Part shown: positions 1 to 9,852 of the stretch, piece after piece
Position numbering within the stretch: position 1 is the stretch's first letter
How the letters are laid out: the number at the start of each line of letters is the position of its first letter
NCBI GenBank assembly: GCA_965203905.1
Contig: CBDBDQ010000005.1
Coordinates: forward strand, 2,944,001 to 3,008,000
Direction of reading: 5' to 3'
DNA from: Spirochaetia bacterium
GTDB taxonomy: Bacteria > Spirochaetota > Spirochaetia > SZUA-6 > Bin103
Length of the DNA: 64,000 nt
Notes under the pieces: generated by a model
Seen by the model: only the letters and a program-made list of their open reading frames with translations
What the model was told of the DNA's origin: nothing
Databases searched by the model: none
Translations under genes and position numbers: made by a program

Positions 1-983
1 GGGATCTCCTGGACGAAGACACGACGTCTCATCCCGGGACTCCCCGTGGCGTCGTTCCGCAACAGCTTCTCGTAGTGGAGATCGATGAACTCGTGCTGGT
101 GGTACGCTACCAGGTAGAGATCGCTCGATCCGTCGACGTAGATGACCGAGTCGCGTGAGTTCGACTCGACGGGGCGGTTCCACTTGTCCCCCGGAATCAC
201 CTCGTAGCCGACGGTGGGCTCGCCGAATCGTCCGAATGCCACGATGGTCTTTTCCGATCCTTCCAGCACTTTTCCATCTCCCCTGACGAGCCGTGTCCGG
301 TAGGTGCCGGCCGGGAGATTCACCACGAATGCGCGGTCGACGCGAACCGGGGCCGCCGCGTACTCCTCCGGGAACGCGGGCCCGGTCGGAGCCACAAGAC
401 CGCCTATCACTTCTTCCAACCTGGCGGTGTCGCCGCCCTTTTGCTGCTGTTCTTCGATTCGCCTCGCCAGCTCGGCCACCATGTACTCGTAGGTGGCGCG
501 ATCGAGCCGGTAGGCATCCAGGGCTTCGCGGTACCTACGGAGCTTGTCCGTATAGTCGAAGTGGACGCGGTGAGCTTCCGGCCCGGTGGCGGTGCGCCAG
601 CGGGCAGCGCCGTCTCCGCGCAGGTTGTAGTAGGTGTAGTCCTCCATCGAGAAGGACTGTGCCTCGCCGCCTCGTCCTGAGATTACGAGGAAACCATCCA
701 CAGCCTCGTCGAGGAGGGTGGTGTCGGTCCTCAGCGCGCCGTCGGTCGGACGGAAGAACACGAACGTCTTGCGGAGGGCAAGGAAGTTGTCGGTGTCCGC
801 CAGCAGGTAGATGGTGTCGGAAGACTCGGCGCTGAAGGTCCGGGAGTAGCCGCTTCCGTTGAATACGATCAAGGAGTGGATGAGTTGCTCGTGGCGGTCG
901 TGGCTGTCTGCCTGTGCGGCAGTAACGAGGACTGTGGCGGCGGCGATCACGGCGAGCAGAGCCACGCATACGGCGGGCCTCAC
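1..983 (-). CDS. Uncharacterised exported protein, last visible gene of the sugar ABC operon; runs off the window edge and is missing from the ORF track
   Basis: Manual translation from GTG 983, which overlaps the TGA of the upstream gene (GTGA): MRPAVCVALLAVIAAATVLVTAAQADSHDRHEQLIHSLIVFNGSGYSRTFSAESSDTIYLLADTDNF..., open to position 1. Has a signal-peptide-like N-terminus. Confidence 0.8.
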   Translation of the reverse strand, partial: MRPAVCVALLAVIAAATVLVTAAQADSHDRHEQLIHSLIVFNGSGYSRTFSAESSDTIYLLADTDNFLALRKTFVFFRPTDGALRTDTTLLDEAVDGFLVISGRGGEAQSFSMEDYTYYNLRGDGAARWRTATGPEAHRVHFDYTDKLRRYREALDAYRLDRATYEYMVAELARRIEEQQQKGGDTARLEEVIGGLVAPTGPAFPEEYAAAPVRVDRAFVVNLPAGTYRTRLVRGDGKVLEGSEKTIVAFGRFGEPTVGYEVIPGDKWNRPVESNSRDSVIYVDGSSDLYLVAYHQHEFIDLHYEKLLRNDATGSPGMRRRVFVQEI

Positions 984-1795
984 GGTCGGCTCACGTTCCA
1001 CGAGGTGTGCAGGTAGAAGTCGAACCGGTCGGCGTACTGTGCCAGGTATGCCGACAATGAAACCGGCTCGCTACCGGTCCACGCGGCGGTCACGATGGCC
1101 GCCACCTCGTCGCGCTCGATGGCGAGCGGATCGGGCACTATCACCAGATAGTCGATCACCAACGACGCAGCGCCGCGGTCTTCGATCTGTTCGAGTGGGA
1201 TGCGCGCCCGATACCGCGCCAAAGCCTTCCGGGACGGATCCCAGCTCCAGTCGATCTCTCCGGCAAACAGGGTCTTTCCGCGGGTCACGCCGGAGGTTTG
1301 CGTCGAAATGCGCGCGCCGATCCACAGGTCGAGCGCAGGGTGGTGGATGACCGCCGGTCCCTCGCCGCTGAGCGGCCAGAAGGTGGCGTGCAACTCCGAT
1401 TCCGAGAGCTCGTCGGATACGATGAAGTGCGACAGGCCGGGAATCCGCAATCCGGTCATGTCGATCGGCTCGTCGATGCGGTTGCTGCCGCGCCGGAGCG
1501 TGACCGGCACGCTCACGGAGCGGTAGTCGGGCGCCGACACCTCAAGCGTCGCCTCCCCGGGGTGGAGCCGCGAGAACACCAGCGTATTTCCGTCTCCCGC
1601 GTACCAGGTGCGCAGGAACCGGTCCTGGAGCGTCGCGGTGGCGTTCCAGACCGCCCCCGTGCTGACCCGATCCCTGATGCGAAACTCGAGCGTCGTTTCA
1701 AACGGAGCCCAGGAGACAAGCGCAACCAGCGCGGCCACCGTGCCCGCGGCCGCAACCGCAATGGCGACCACAAGCGTGAGTCGGCGCCGGCCCAT
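980..1795 (-). CDS. Membrane-anchored hypothetical protein with a carboxypeptidase-regulatory/PEGA-like beta-sandwich segment
   Basis: ATG 1795 overlaps the permease TAA. N-terminal hydrophobic helix MGRRRLTLVVAIAVAAAGTVAALVALV; FSRLHPGEATLEVSAPDYRSVSVPVTL resembles a CarboxypepD_reg-like motif. Confidence 0.7.
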   Translation of the reverse strand: MGRRRLTLVVAIAVAAAGTVAALVALVSWAPFETTLEFRIRDRVSTGAVWNATATLQDRFLRTWYAGDGNTLVFSRLHPGEATLEVSAPDYRSVSVPVTLRRGSNRIDEPIDMTGLRIPGLSHFIVSDELSESELHATFWPLSGEGPAVIHHPALDLWIGARISTQTSGVTRGKTLFAGEIDWSWDPSRKALARYRARIPLEQIEDRGAASLVIDYLVIVPDPLAIERDEVAAIVTAAWTGSEPVSLSAYLAQYADRFDFYLHTSWNVSRP

Positions 1796-2637
1796 TACTC
1801 CTTGATGCTGCCCGCCATCAAGCCGCTCAGGATCCGCTTCTCGAAGATTACCACGAATATCACGATCGGGGCGATGATGAGCATGCCCATCGCGCTGATC
1901 AGGTCCCAGGGCTCCACGCGGTGCGTAGTGACGGAAATCGGCACCTTGGTGATCCCGATCGCCAGCGGGACGATCTTCCGGATCGTGAATATGAGCGGAA
2001 TGAAGAACTCGTTCATGGCGATGATGAAGTTGATGATCGCCACCGTCGCGATCGCCGGTTTCAGCAATGGCGAGATGATCCTGACGATGATCGTCGCCAT
2101 GCCCGCGCCGTCCACCTCCGCCGCCTCCTCTATGGTAACCGGAATCTGCTTTATGAAACCGGTCATCACGGCGACGGCGAACGGCACCATGTGGCTGGTA
2201 TACAGGAGCACCAGGCCGAGGTAGGTGTCGACCAGCCCGAGCGCCCTTACGAAGACGTACATCGGGATGACGGAAATGATGAAAGGCACCATCGTCGAGA
2301 AAATGACGAAACCGAAGGCCAGCATTACCAGCTTGTTGTTGAAGCGCGCGAACGCGTACCCCGCCATGGTACAGACGACCATGGTCAGCGCCAGCGAGAG
2401 TGCCGTGATCACCGCGGTTGAGAGCGACATCGACACGATATCCATGGAAGTGAACAGCCGCTGATAGCTCTCCAGGGTCAACGTCAGCGGGAAGTAGTCG
2501 ACCGGCGAAGAAAACAGCTTGGCTTGCGGCTTGAGCGAGGAGATCAGGATCCAGTACATCGGCCACAGCACGGAAAAAGCGACGGCCAGCGTGACGGTTA
2601 TGAGCAGCGCCTTGTGCAGAGCCCGCCTGCTGGTCAT
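1795..2637 (-). CDS. Carbohydrate ABC transporter permease (MalG-like)
   Basis: True start MTSRRALHK at 2637; EAA loop IPVTIEEAAEVDGA; C-terminus GLMAGSIKE. Confidence 0.92.
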   Translation of the reverse strand: MTSRRALHKALLITVTLAVAFSVLWPMYWILISSLKPQAKLFSSPVDYFPLTLTLESYQRLFTSMDIVSMSLSTAVITALSLALTMVVCTMAGYAFARFNNKLVMLAFGFVIFSTMVPFIISVIPMYVFVRALGLVDTYLGLVLLYTSHMVPFAVAVMTGFIKQIPVTIEEAAEVDGAGMATIIVRIISPLLKPAIATVAIINFIIAMNEFFIPLIFTIRKIVPLAIGITKVPISVTTHRVEPWDLISAMGMLIIAPIVIFVVIFEKRILSGLMAGSIKE

Positions 2638-3509
2638 CAGTAGTCCACCCGCCGGTAGTACACGATGCCGACAACGCCGGCTACCGCCATGATGACGAAC
2701 AGCGCGGCCGCGATCGAAGAGGCGTAACCGATGCTCAAGTTCTTGAACGCTTCCTCGTACATGCGAAACGCCAACAGCGAGGTGGACGATCCCGGACCTC
2801 CGCGCGTCATCGCATACACGATGTCGAAGCTCGACAGCCGCCATATGATGAAGAACAGCGAAACAATGATCAGCGTCCGCTTTATGTGCGGCAGAGTGAT
2901 GCGAACCAGCAGCGTGGTGGGACCCGCTCCGTCGATCTTGGCGGACTCGTACAGCTCGGTTGGCACGTTCTGCAAGCCGGCCAGCGTGAGTATGGCAAAA
3001 AAGGAAACGTTCTTCCAGAAATCGACCGCAATGATTGCGGCCTGTGCGCCTACCGGCGACACCAGCCAGTCGTAGCGAAAGTCGGCGGCGAAACGGCGCA
3101 CGAGGTCGTTCACGATTCCATACACGTCGTTGAACGCCCAGCGCGCCGCGATGCCGGCTACGATCATCGGCAGAGCCCAGGGAATGAGAGCCGTGGTGCG
3201 CAGAAACCTGCGGCCTCCGAACTGCACGTTGAGCAGATGGGCGAGGGCGATGCCGCCGAGCAGCATCAGGACGATGGATACGACGGTAAAGACGAAGGTA
3301 AAGGAAAAGGCGTTGCCGATCTTCGGATCGGTAACGAGGTAGGTAACGTTGCGGAAGCCGATGAACTCGTTGATCCGAAGCAGAAAGCTGTAATCTCGCA
3401 GGCTGTACCAGAAGATCGAGAAGGTGGGATACGCGGTGGTGGCAAGCCGAATCACCAGCACCGGCAGAATGAGCAGCCAGGCGATGAGCAACTTTCTCCG
3501 TTTCAGCAC
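2637..3509 (-). CDS. Sugar ABC transporter permease (MalF-like)
   Basis: LAGLQNVPTELYESAKIDGA and MTRGGPG motifs; probable GTG start at 3509. Confidence 0.92.
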   Translation of the reverse strand: MLKRRKLLIAWLLILPVLVIRLATTAYPTFSIFWYSLRDYSFLLRINEFIGFRNVTYLVTDPKIGNAFSFTFVFTVVSIVLMLLGGIALAHLLNVQFGGRRFLRTTALIPWALPMIVAGIAARWAFNDVYGIVNDLVRRFAADFRYDWLVSPVGAQAAIIAVDFWKNVSFFAILTLAGLQNVPTELYESAKIDGAGPTTLLVRITLPHIKRTLIIVSLFFIIWRLSSFDIVYAMTRGGPGSSTSLLAFRMYEEAFKNLSIGYASSIAAALFVIMAVAGVVGIVYYRRVDY

Positions 3510-3597
3510 CGTTGTCCCCCCGGTACACAGGTACGCCCTCCCGCGCGATGCGGAAGGGCGCACGCTTCCAAGTGACGCTGCCTGCGAAGTGTCGGCG

Positions 3598-4803
3598 CTA
3601 GCGACCGCCCAACAGCCTGTCGAGCTCCCTGTTGGCTCTCTTCACCGCCTCGTCCCGGTCGATGTTCTGGTTGAGGTACTCGTACAGCGAATTTTCGGTG
3701 CTGTCCAATATGTCGCTCATGCGGCCAGCCATCGGCCTGGGCCACAGCTTGCCACGGGCGTTCATGTCCTTGAGGATCGGAACGGCGGGCCACTTCTCCG
3801 GATCGTTGAAGACCGGATCTTCCAACGAATCGCTTCTGAGTGGCACGGCGTTGCCGACCATTTTTGCCACGGCGCTGGCAGCCTCCTCCGAAACCAGGTA
3901 TCCCAACACCTTCTTGGCAGCGTCCTTGCGCTCCGAAGCGGAGGTGAGGACGTACAGCCAGGCGCCCATGAGCGTGATGTCGCTGTCCGGATCGTCCGAC
4001 CACTTCGGCGTTTCCGTGACGATCAGCTCGGAGCCGTACTTGCCCTGGCCTACCGCTACGCTGACGATCCAGTCCCAGGTTATGGTGCTGGCGAGCTTGC
4101 CATCCAGCAGCTTCTGTGCCAGCGCTCCGTAGTCATCCGCCAGAATCGCCCGCGGTGCGACCTCGTAGGTATTGATCATGTCGTGCATCAGCTTGATCGC
4201 TTCCTGGGTGCCCGGGTTGTCCCAGTCGAAGTAGTCACCGCCGTGGACGTAGATGATGTACTGGAGGAAGTTGGTTATGTAGCCCTTGGTCCAACCGTCA
4301 CCAAATCCGAACACGTCATCCTTGGTGAGCGCCTGGATCAGTTCCAGGTAGTCCTCACCGGTGGTCGGAATGGCCAGGCCGGCTGCATCGAGTTGCCTCT
4401 TGTTGAGGTACATCGGGAACCAGCTGAACCCATGTGGCACCCCGACGATGTTGCCCTCGTAGGTCGCCATCAGGTCCATGTAGGCCTTGGGAAATGCGGC
4501 GAGATCGTCGGCGCTGAAAATGTCGTTGAGCGACTCGAAGAACCCGCCCAGGATATTGCCGTAGGTGATGTATTCGTCGATATCGAACAGGTCGATGCTG
4601 GTGTCACCGGAGGACAGCAGCGTGGCGACCTTGGTTTGATAGTCGGTGAACGAAGGTGCCTGGATCATCTCGATGTCGACGCCGGTGGCCGCGGTGATGA
4701 GCCCTTCCAACTCGCTCCAGTCCTCCTGCCCGGCCGGGAGACCCCACTTGTTACATGGTCACGGTCACGTCCTCTGCCTGGGCTGCCTCTCCCTCCGCAC
4801 CAC
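3598..4803 (-). pseudogene. Sugar ABC substrate-binding protein, 5' frameshifted and lacking a signal peptide
   Basis: ORF 3598..4710 is family-1 SBP-like. Upstream, GAEGEAAQAEDVTVTM hits TAA at 4751-4753 and continues as NKWGLPAGQEDWSELEG in another frame. No signal peptide or RBS further upstream. Confidence 0.65.
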
Positions 4804-4896
4804 AGCGGCCAGCGTCGGACACCGCTCGATGCGGTCGGCTCCTCGGGGCCGCCTTCGCGGAGGGGTTTGAGCTGGACGGGCGCGTAGAACGTCCGG

Positions 4897-5595
4897 TCAG
4901 AAGTCGATGCCGCGCTGGGCCTTGATGCCGACTTGGAAGGGGTGCTTCACTTCCACCATCTCACTGACCAGGTCGGCGTATTCGATCAGTTCGGGTGCGG
5001 CGCCGCGGCCGGTCAACACCACGTGGGTGCGGTCGGCGCGCGCCTCCAGGCAGTCGACGATTTCCGCGGCCGGCAGGTAGTCGTAGCTTGCCACCACGTT
5101 GATCTCGTCGAGCACCACCAGGTCGAACTGCCCGTCGGTGATCAGATCGCGCGCGATGTCGAGCCCGGCGCGGGCGGTGGCGATGTCGAGTTCGCGGTTC
5201 TGGGTGTCCCAGGTGAACCCCTGGCCGGTAGTGCGCCACTCCACCTGCTCCGGGAAGCGGCTGAAGAAGTGCCGCTCGCCGGTCTGCCACTTGCCCTTGA
5301 TGAACTGCACGATTGCCACGCGCTGGCCCCAGCCGAGGGCGCGCGCGGCCACCCCGAAGGCGGCGCTCGACTTGCCCTTGCCGTTGCCGGTGTGCACCAG
5401 CACCAGCCCGCGTTCCGGATTCACGGCACGCGCCACCTTGGCACGCTGCTCGGCCTTCAGCCGCCGCATGCGCTCGGCATGCTCCCGGTCGGCAACGCCG
5501 CCGCCCGACGCTCGGCGTTGTCCGCCCGGTTGCACGGCCGTTGTGCTTGATGCAACCTCATCGCCGCGTGTCGCTGCGCCGTCACTATCTGTCAT
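4897..5595 (-). CDS. cobO: Cob(I)yrinic acid a,c-diamide adenosyltransferase
   Basis: VHTGNGKGKSSAAFG, QFIKG, GFTW, VVLDEI, VVLTGR, KHPF..G.KAQRGIDF. Confidence 0.95.
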   Translation of the reverse strand: MTDSDGAATRGDEVASSTTAVQPGGQRRASGGGVADREHAERMRRLKAEQRAKVARAVNPERGLVLVHTGNGKGKSSAAFGVAARALGWGQRVAIVQFIKGKWQTGERHFFSRFPEQVEWRTTGQGFTWDTQNRELDIATARAGLDIARDLITDGQFDLVVLDEINVVASYDYLPAAEIVDCLEARADRTHVVLTGRGAAPELIEYADLVSEMVEVKHPFQVGIKAQRGIDF

Positions 5596-5705
5596 CTCGC
5601 TCCCACTCCTTCTTCGACTACACTACCCTTCGAGGGATCAGTGTACCGTAAGCCGCCTGGAGCTGGCCGGCGGGGGCAAATCGACCAAGCCTCGCCCACC
5701 TTCGC

Positions 5706-7010
5706 TTAGCGAAGTCCTGTATGGAGCCGTTCGATGGCCGCCTGCAGCGATTCCAGCGAGCGGCAAAAGGCGAACCGCAGGTAGCGCTCGCCCTCGCGTC
5801 CGGTGGTGTAGAAGTTGTCGCCCGGCACCGTGGCCACTCCCGCCTGCTCGATGAGAAACATGGCGGCCTGCGTCGGGGGCCTCTGCGCCAGTGCCGGCAC
5901 GCTGCGGTAGTCCGCGAACAGGTAGTAGGCGCCCTCCGGGGGCGTCACCGCAAACCCGATGTCACGCAGGCCATTGACCAGCAGGTCGCGCTTCTGGCGA
6001 TAGCCTGCCGCGATGCCGGCGAAGAACGATCGCGGCTGGCGCAGGAGCGACACCGCCCCCCTCTGCAGCGGCGTCGGCGCCTGCACCACGAGGTTGTCGT
6101 GGACGGCGCGCAGCGCCGGCGTGCGCTCCGGCGGCGTGATCACCCAGCCGACGCGCCACCCGGTCGCGCGCCCGGTCTTGGAGATCGAGTTCACCACCAG
6201 CGTTCGTTCCGCCATCCCTTCGCACAGCGACAGACAAAGGTGGCGATGGCCCTCGAACGTGATGTGCTCGTAGATCTCGTCGGTGATGGCGAACCGGTTG
6301 TGGGTCCGGCACAGTTCCGCGATGAACTCCAGGTCCTCCGCGTCCAGCACCTTGCCGGTCGGGTTCTGCGGGGTGTTCACGACCACCGCCTTGACCGCCG
6401 GATCGGACAGCGCGGTGCGTAACTCGTCGCGGTCCAGCCGCCAAGTTCCGGCGCCGCAGTCCTCGCGCAAGGTCACGAAGCGGGGCACGAGCCCGAAGAT
6501 CGCCGCCTGCGACGGGTACAGCTCGTGATAGGGCTGCATAACCACGACGCCGTCGCCCGGGTCGAGCAGCGAGCAGAATGCGGCCGCCATGCCCTCGCTG
6601 GCCCCGAGCACCACCGTGACCTGCTCCTCGGGGTCGGGCCGGTAGCCGTAGCAGGTCTGCGTGTAGTCGGCGATCGCGTGGCGCAGCTCCGGGATCCCGA
6701 ACGGATAGGAATACTGGTTGAGTTCGTCGCGGGGGCCGCGCCACCGCTCGAACAGCTCCTTCACGGTGCGGTCGAGCGCGTCGGCGCCGGCGGTCGCGTT
6801 CGCGTCCAGGAGCTCGCGCACGGTCATCGACTCCACGCGGCGCGCACCCTCCCCGGTGCCGCCGAGCAGCGCCGCCACCCCGCTCCACACCATGTCCCAG
6901 GCCGGCGTCTCATCGGTAAACCCCTGCGCCAGGTTCACCGCCCCGTGCGCCGCCGCGAGCCGCGTCATGCGGCGGATCACCGTCTCCTTGATCTGCGTCA
7001 CCTGCTCCAC
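5706..7010 (-). CDS. PLP-dependent aminotransferase class I/II with an N-terminal insertion
   Basis: VNLAQGF, NTPQNPTGK, TDEIYE, SISKT..TGWRVGW (PLP lysine), LRFAFC. Confidence 0.9.
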   Translation of the reverse strand: MEQVTQIKETVIRRMTRLAAAHGAVNLAQGFTDETPAWDMVWSGVAALLGGTGEGARRVESMTVRELLDANATAGADALDRTVKELFERWRGPRDELNQYSYPFGIPELRHAIADYTQTCYGYRPDPEEQVTVVLGASEGMAAAFCSLLDPGDGVVVMQPYHELYPSQAAIFGLVPRFVTLREDCGAGTWRLDRDELRTALSDPAVKAVVVNTPQNPTGKVLDAEDLEFIAELCRTHNRFAITDEIYEHITFEGHRHLCLSLCEGMAERTLVVNSISKTGRATGWRVGWVITPPERTPALRAVHDNLVVQAPTPLQRGAVSLLRQPRSFFAGIAAGYRQKRDLLVNGLRDIGFAVTPPEGAYYLFADYRSVPALAQRPPTQAAMFLIEQAGVATVPGDNFYTTGREGERYLRFAFCRSLESLQAAIERLHTGLR

Positions 7011-7056
7011 CCCAGCAATCTACCACGCCGCAATCGCTCGCTCAGACCAGTGGCCG

Positions 7057-7111
7057 GAGCCTGTAACCATACCGGCGCGAACAGGCAAGACCTCATGCGG
7101 CATCTCGAAGA
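7057..7111 (+). pseudogene. Remnant of a hicB/hicA junction
   Basis: 45 of 55 nt identical without gaps to 20550-20604 (hand count). Encodes NRQDLMRHLED versus KRRDLIRHLEE; the HicA ATG has become GCG. Confidence 0.7.
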
Positions 7112-7509
7112 CGGGGACGCCGTGTTGTCCGCCCATCGGTAAGCCTTGCCCGCGCCCGCGCGACCCGTCGTCGTCTTGCCGCCGAGCGGCATCGGGTCCG
7201 CATCGTTGCAGCCCGACAGCCGCTCGGCGTTGTTCCGGACGATGTTGGGGCGGTAATCCGCCGGCAGGGCGTTCATCACACGTGCACGGCGTCGTAGTCC
7301 CAGTGCGGGTGGCCGCGGGAGTAGAGCAGGCAGTTGCCGCCGTCGATCATCTCGACGATGCGTGTAAAATGTGTGTGTTCTTGGTCGATACATAGATGTC
7401 GGTTTGATAAATTGAGATAGAATTCGCCGCAGCACACAACGGACGGCCCGGCACCGCGATCCGGCGCCCGGTGAGCCGCGATGCGTGCCGAACGGGAGAA
7501 GGAGGAATC

Positions 7510-9852
7510 TTGACACAGTCCGACGACGCGAGGCGGGAGCACCAGGCGCTGCGGGGGCCCATCGCCACCCTCAACGCCGCCATCCTGCGCATCAACGCGA
7601 CCCTCGACCTCGACACCGTGCTCGGCGAAGTGGTGGAGGGCGCCCGCGCCCTCACCGGCGCCCGCTACGGCGTCATCGTCGCCGTCGACGAAGAGGGCGC
7701 GCCCCAGGACCCGGTCTTCTCGGGCCTCTCTCCGGAGGAGGAGCGGGAACTGCTCGCCTGGCCCGGCCGCGAGCCCCTGTTCGAGCATCTCCGGACGCTG
7801 CCGGGTCCGTTGCGGCTCGCCGATCTTCCGGGCTACGTCCGGGCGCTCGGCATCGACTCTGCCTGGACCTTCTCCCGGACCTTCCAGGGCACGCCGATGC
7901 GCCACCGGGGCGTGGAGGCGGGCGGCTTCTTCCTCGCGGAAAAGGCCGACGGCGAAGCGTTCACCGACGCGGACGAGGAGGTGCTGACGCTGTTCGCCTC
8001 CCAGGCCGCCTCGGCGATCGCCAACGCGCGCACCCACCGCAGCGAGCGGCGCGCGCGGGCCGACCTGGAGGCCCTGGTCGAGACCTCGCCGGTGGGCGTC
8101 GTGGTCTTCGATGCGAAGAGCGGCCGTCCGGTGTTCTTCAACCGCGAGATGCGGCGGATCGTGGAGAGCCTGCGCATGCCCGGCCATCCGCCCGAGCAGC
8201 TCCTGGAGGTGATGTCCTTCCACCGCGCCGACGGGCGCGAGGTGTCCTTGAGCGAGTTTCCCATCGCGCAGCAGCTCAACAGTGGCCAGACGCTGCGTGC
8301 CGAGGAAGTGGTGCTCTCGGTGCCGGATGGACGCAGCGTCAGGACGCTGATCAACGCCACCCCGATCCCGGCCGAAGGGGACGCCATCGGCTCGGTCGTG
8401 GTGACCGTTCAGGATCTTGCGCCGCTCGACGAGATCGAGCGCATGCGGACCGAGTTCCTGGGCCTGGTGAGCCACGAGCTGCGCGAGCCGCTCGCCGCCA
8501 TCAAGGGCTCGGCGGTGACGCTGATGGAGGAGGCGTCGGCGCTCGACCCGGCCGAGATGCGCGAGTTCCACCGGCTCATCGTCGAGCAGGCCGACCACAT
8601 GCGCGGCTTGATCGGCGATCTGCTCGATGCCGGGCGCATCGAGGCGGGCACGCTCTCGGTGGCACCCGAGCCCTCGGAGGTGGCCGACCTGGTGGAGCGC
8701 GCGCGCAGCACGTTTCTGAGCGGAGGCGCGCGGCATGGCGTGCTCATCGACCTTCCGCCGGACCTGCCCCGGGTGATGACCGACCGGCGGCGCATCGTGC
8801 AGGTGCTGAACAACCTGCTCGCCAACGCCGCACGCCACGCTCCGGAGTCGTCCGCCATTCGGATCTCGGCGCTGCGCGAGGACGCCCATGTCGCGGTCGC
8901 GGTCTCCGACGAGGGCCGCGGCCTGGCGCCGGAGCGACTGGCGCACCTGTTCCGCAAGCACCTTCCCCCCGAGAGCGGCGGACCGGGGGACAGGACGCCG
9001 GGTCAGGGCCTGGGTCTCGCGATCTGCAAGGGCCTGGTGGAGGCGCATGGCGGGCGCATCCACGCCGAGAGCGCCGGTCCCGGCCGGGGTACGACCATCG
9101 TCTTCACCGTGCCGGTGGCCGACGAAGCCGGCGCCGCGCCGGGACCGTCGCGCCCGCCCCGCGAAGGTGCCGAGCCCGACCGCATCCTCGTGGTCGACGA
9201 CGACCCCCGCACGCTGCGCCTGGTGCGCGACGCACTCTCGGCGGAGGGCTACGCGCCCGTGGTCACCGGCGATCACCACGAGCTGGCGCGCATCCTGCGC
9301 GCGGAGAGGCCGGCGCTCGCCGTGCTCGACCTGGTGCTGCCCGGCGCCGACGGCATCGAGCTGATGGGGCAGATTGCCGAGCTCTCCGACCTGCCGGTCA
9401 TCTTCATCTCGGCCTATGGCCGCGACGAGACCGTCGCGAGGGCGCTCGATGCCGGCGCAGCAGACTACATCGTCAAGCCCTTCTCGCCGACCGAGCTCAC
9501 CGCACGGGTGCGGGCGGCGTTGCGAAGGCGCCAGCGGCCGGCGCCGTTCGTGCTGGGCGAGCTCGCGATCGACTACGAGAGCCGCCGCGTCACGGTAGCG
9601 GGCCGCGCGGTGGACCTCACCGCGACCGAGCACGCGCTCCTGCGGGTTCTGTCGCTCAACGCCGGACGGGTGGTCCCCTACGACAAGCTGCTGCGCCAGG
9701 TGTGGGGCGGGCGGGAATACGCCGGCCCGAACCTGGTGCGCATCTTCGTCAGGAACCTCCGCCGCAAGCTCGGCGAGGACGCCGAGCGCCCGGCCTGGAT
9801 CTTCAACCAGCGCGGCGTCGGATACCGCATGCCGGACCCCGACGAACCGTGA
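7510..9852 (+). CDS. Cytoplasmic hybrid sensor kinase/response regulator, GAF-PAS-HisKA-HATPase-REC-OmpR-type wHTH
   Basis: TTG 7510 after GGAGGA; H-box SHELREPLAAIKG; N-box NLLANA; G-boxes DEGRG and GLGLAI; REC VVDDD/VLDLVLP/IVKPF; wHTH NLRRKLG..RGVGYR. No TM helix seen. Confidence 0.9.
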   Translation: MTQSDDARREHQALRGPIATLNAAILRINATLDLDTVLGEVVEGARALTGARYGVIVAVDEEGAPQDPVFSGLSPEEERELLAWPGREPLFEHLRTLPGPLRLADLPGYVRALGIDSAWTFSRTFQGTPMRHRGVEAGGFFLAEKADGEAFTDADEEVLTLFASQAASAIANARTHRSERRARADLEALVETSPVGVVVFDAKSGRPVFFNREMRRIVESLRMPGHPPEQLLEVMSFHRADGREVSLSEFPIAQQLNSGQTLRAEEVVLSVPDGRSVRTLINATPIPAEGDAIGSVVVTVQDLAPLDEIERMRTEFLGLVSHELREPLAAIKGSAVTLMEEASALDPAEMREFHRLIVEQADHMRGLIGDLLDAGRIEAGTLSVAPEPSEVADLVERARSTFLSGGARHGVLIDLPPDLPRVMTDRRRIVQVLNNLLANAARHAPESSAIRISALREDAHVAVAVSDEGRGLAPERLAHLFRKHLPPESGGPGDRTPGQGLGLAICKGLVEAHGGRIHAESAGPGRGTTIVFTVPVADEAGAAPGPSRPPREGAEPDRILVVDDDPRTLRLVRDALSAEGYAPVVTGDHHELARILRAERPALAVLDLVLPGADGIELMGQIAELSDLPVIFISAYGRDETVARALDAGAADYIVKPFSPTELTARVRAALRRRQRPAPFVLGELAIDYESRRVTVAGRAVDLTATEHALLRVLSLNAGRVVPYDKLLRQVWGGREYAGPNLVRIFVRNLRRKLGEDAERPAWIFNQRGVGYRMPDPDEP

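Noticed and set aside
5596-5705. Cobalamin riboswitch upstream of cobO
   Set aside because: Only 110 nt with no B12-box recognised; just a small hairpin at 5619-5645.
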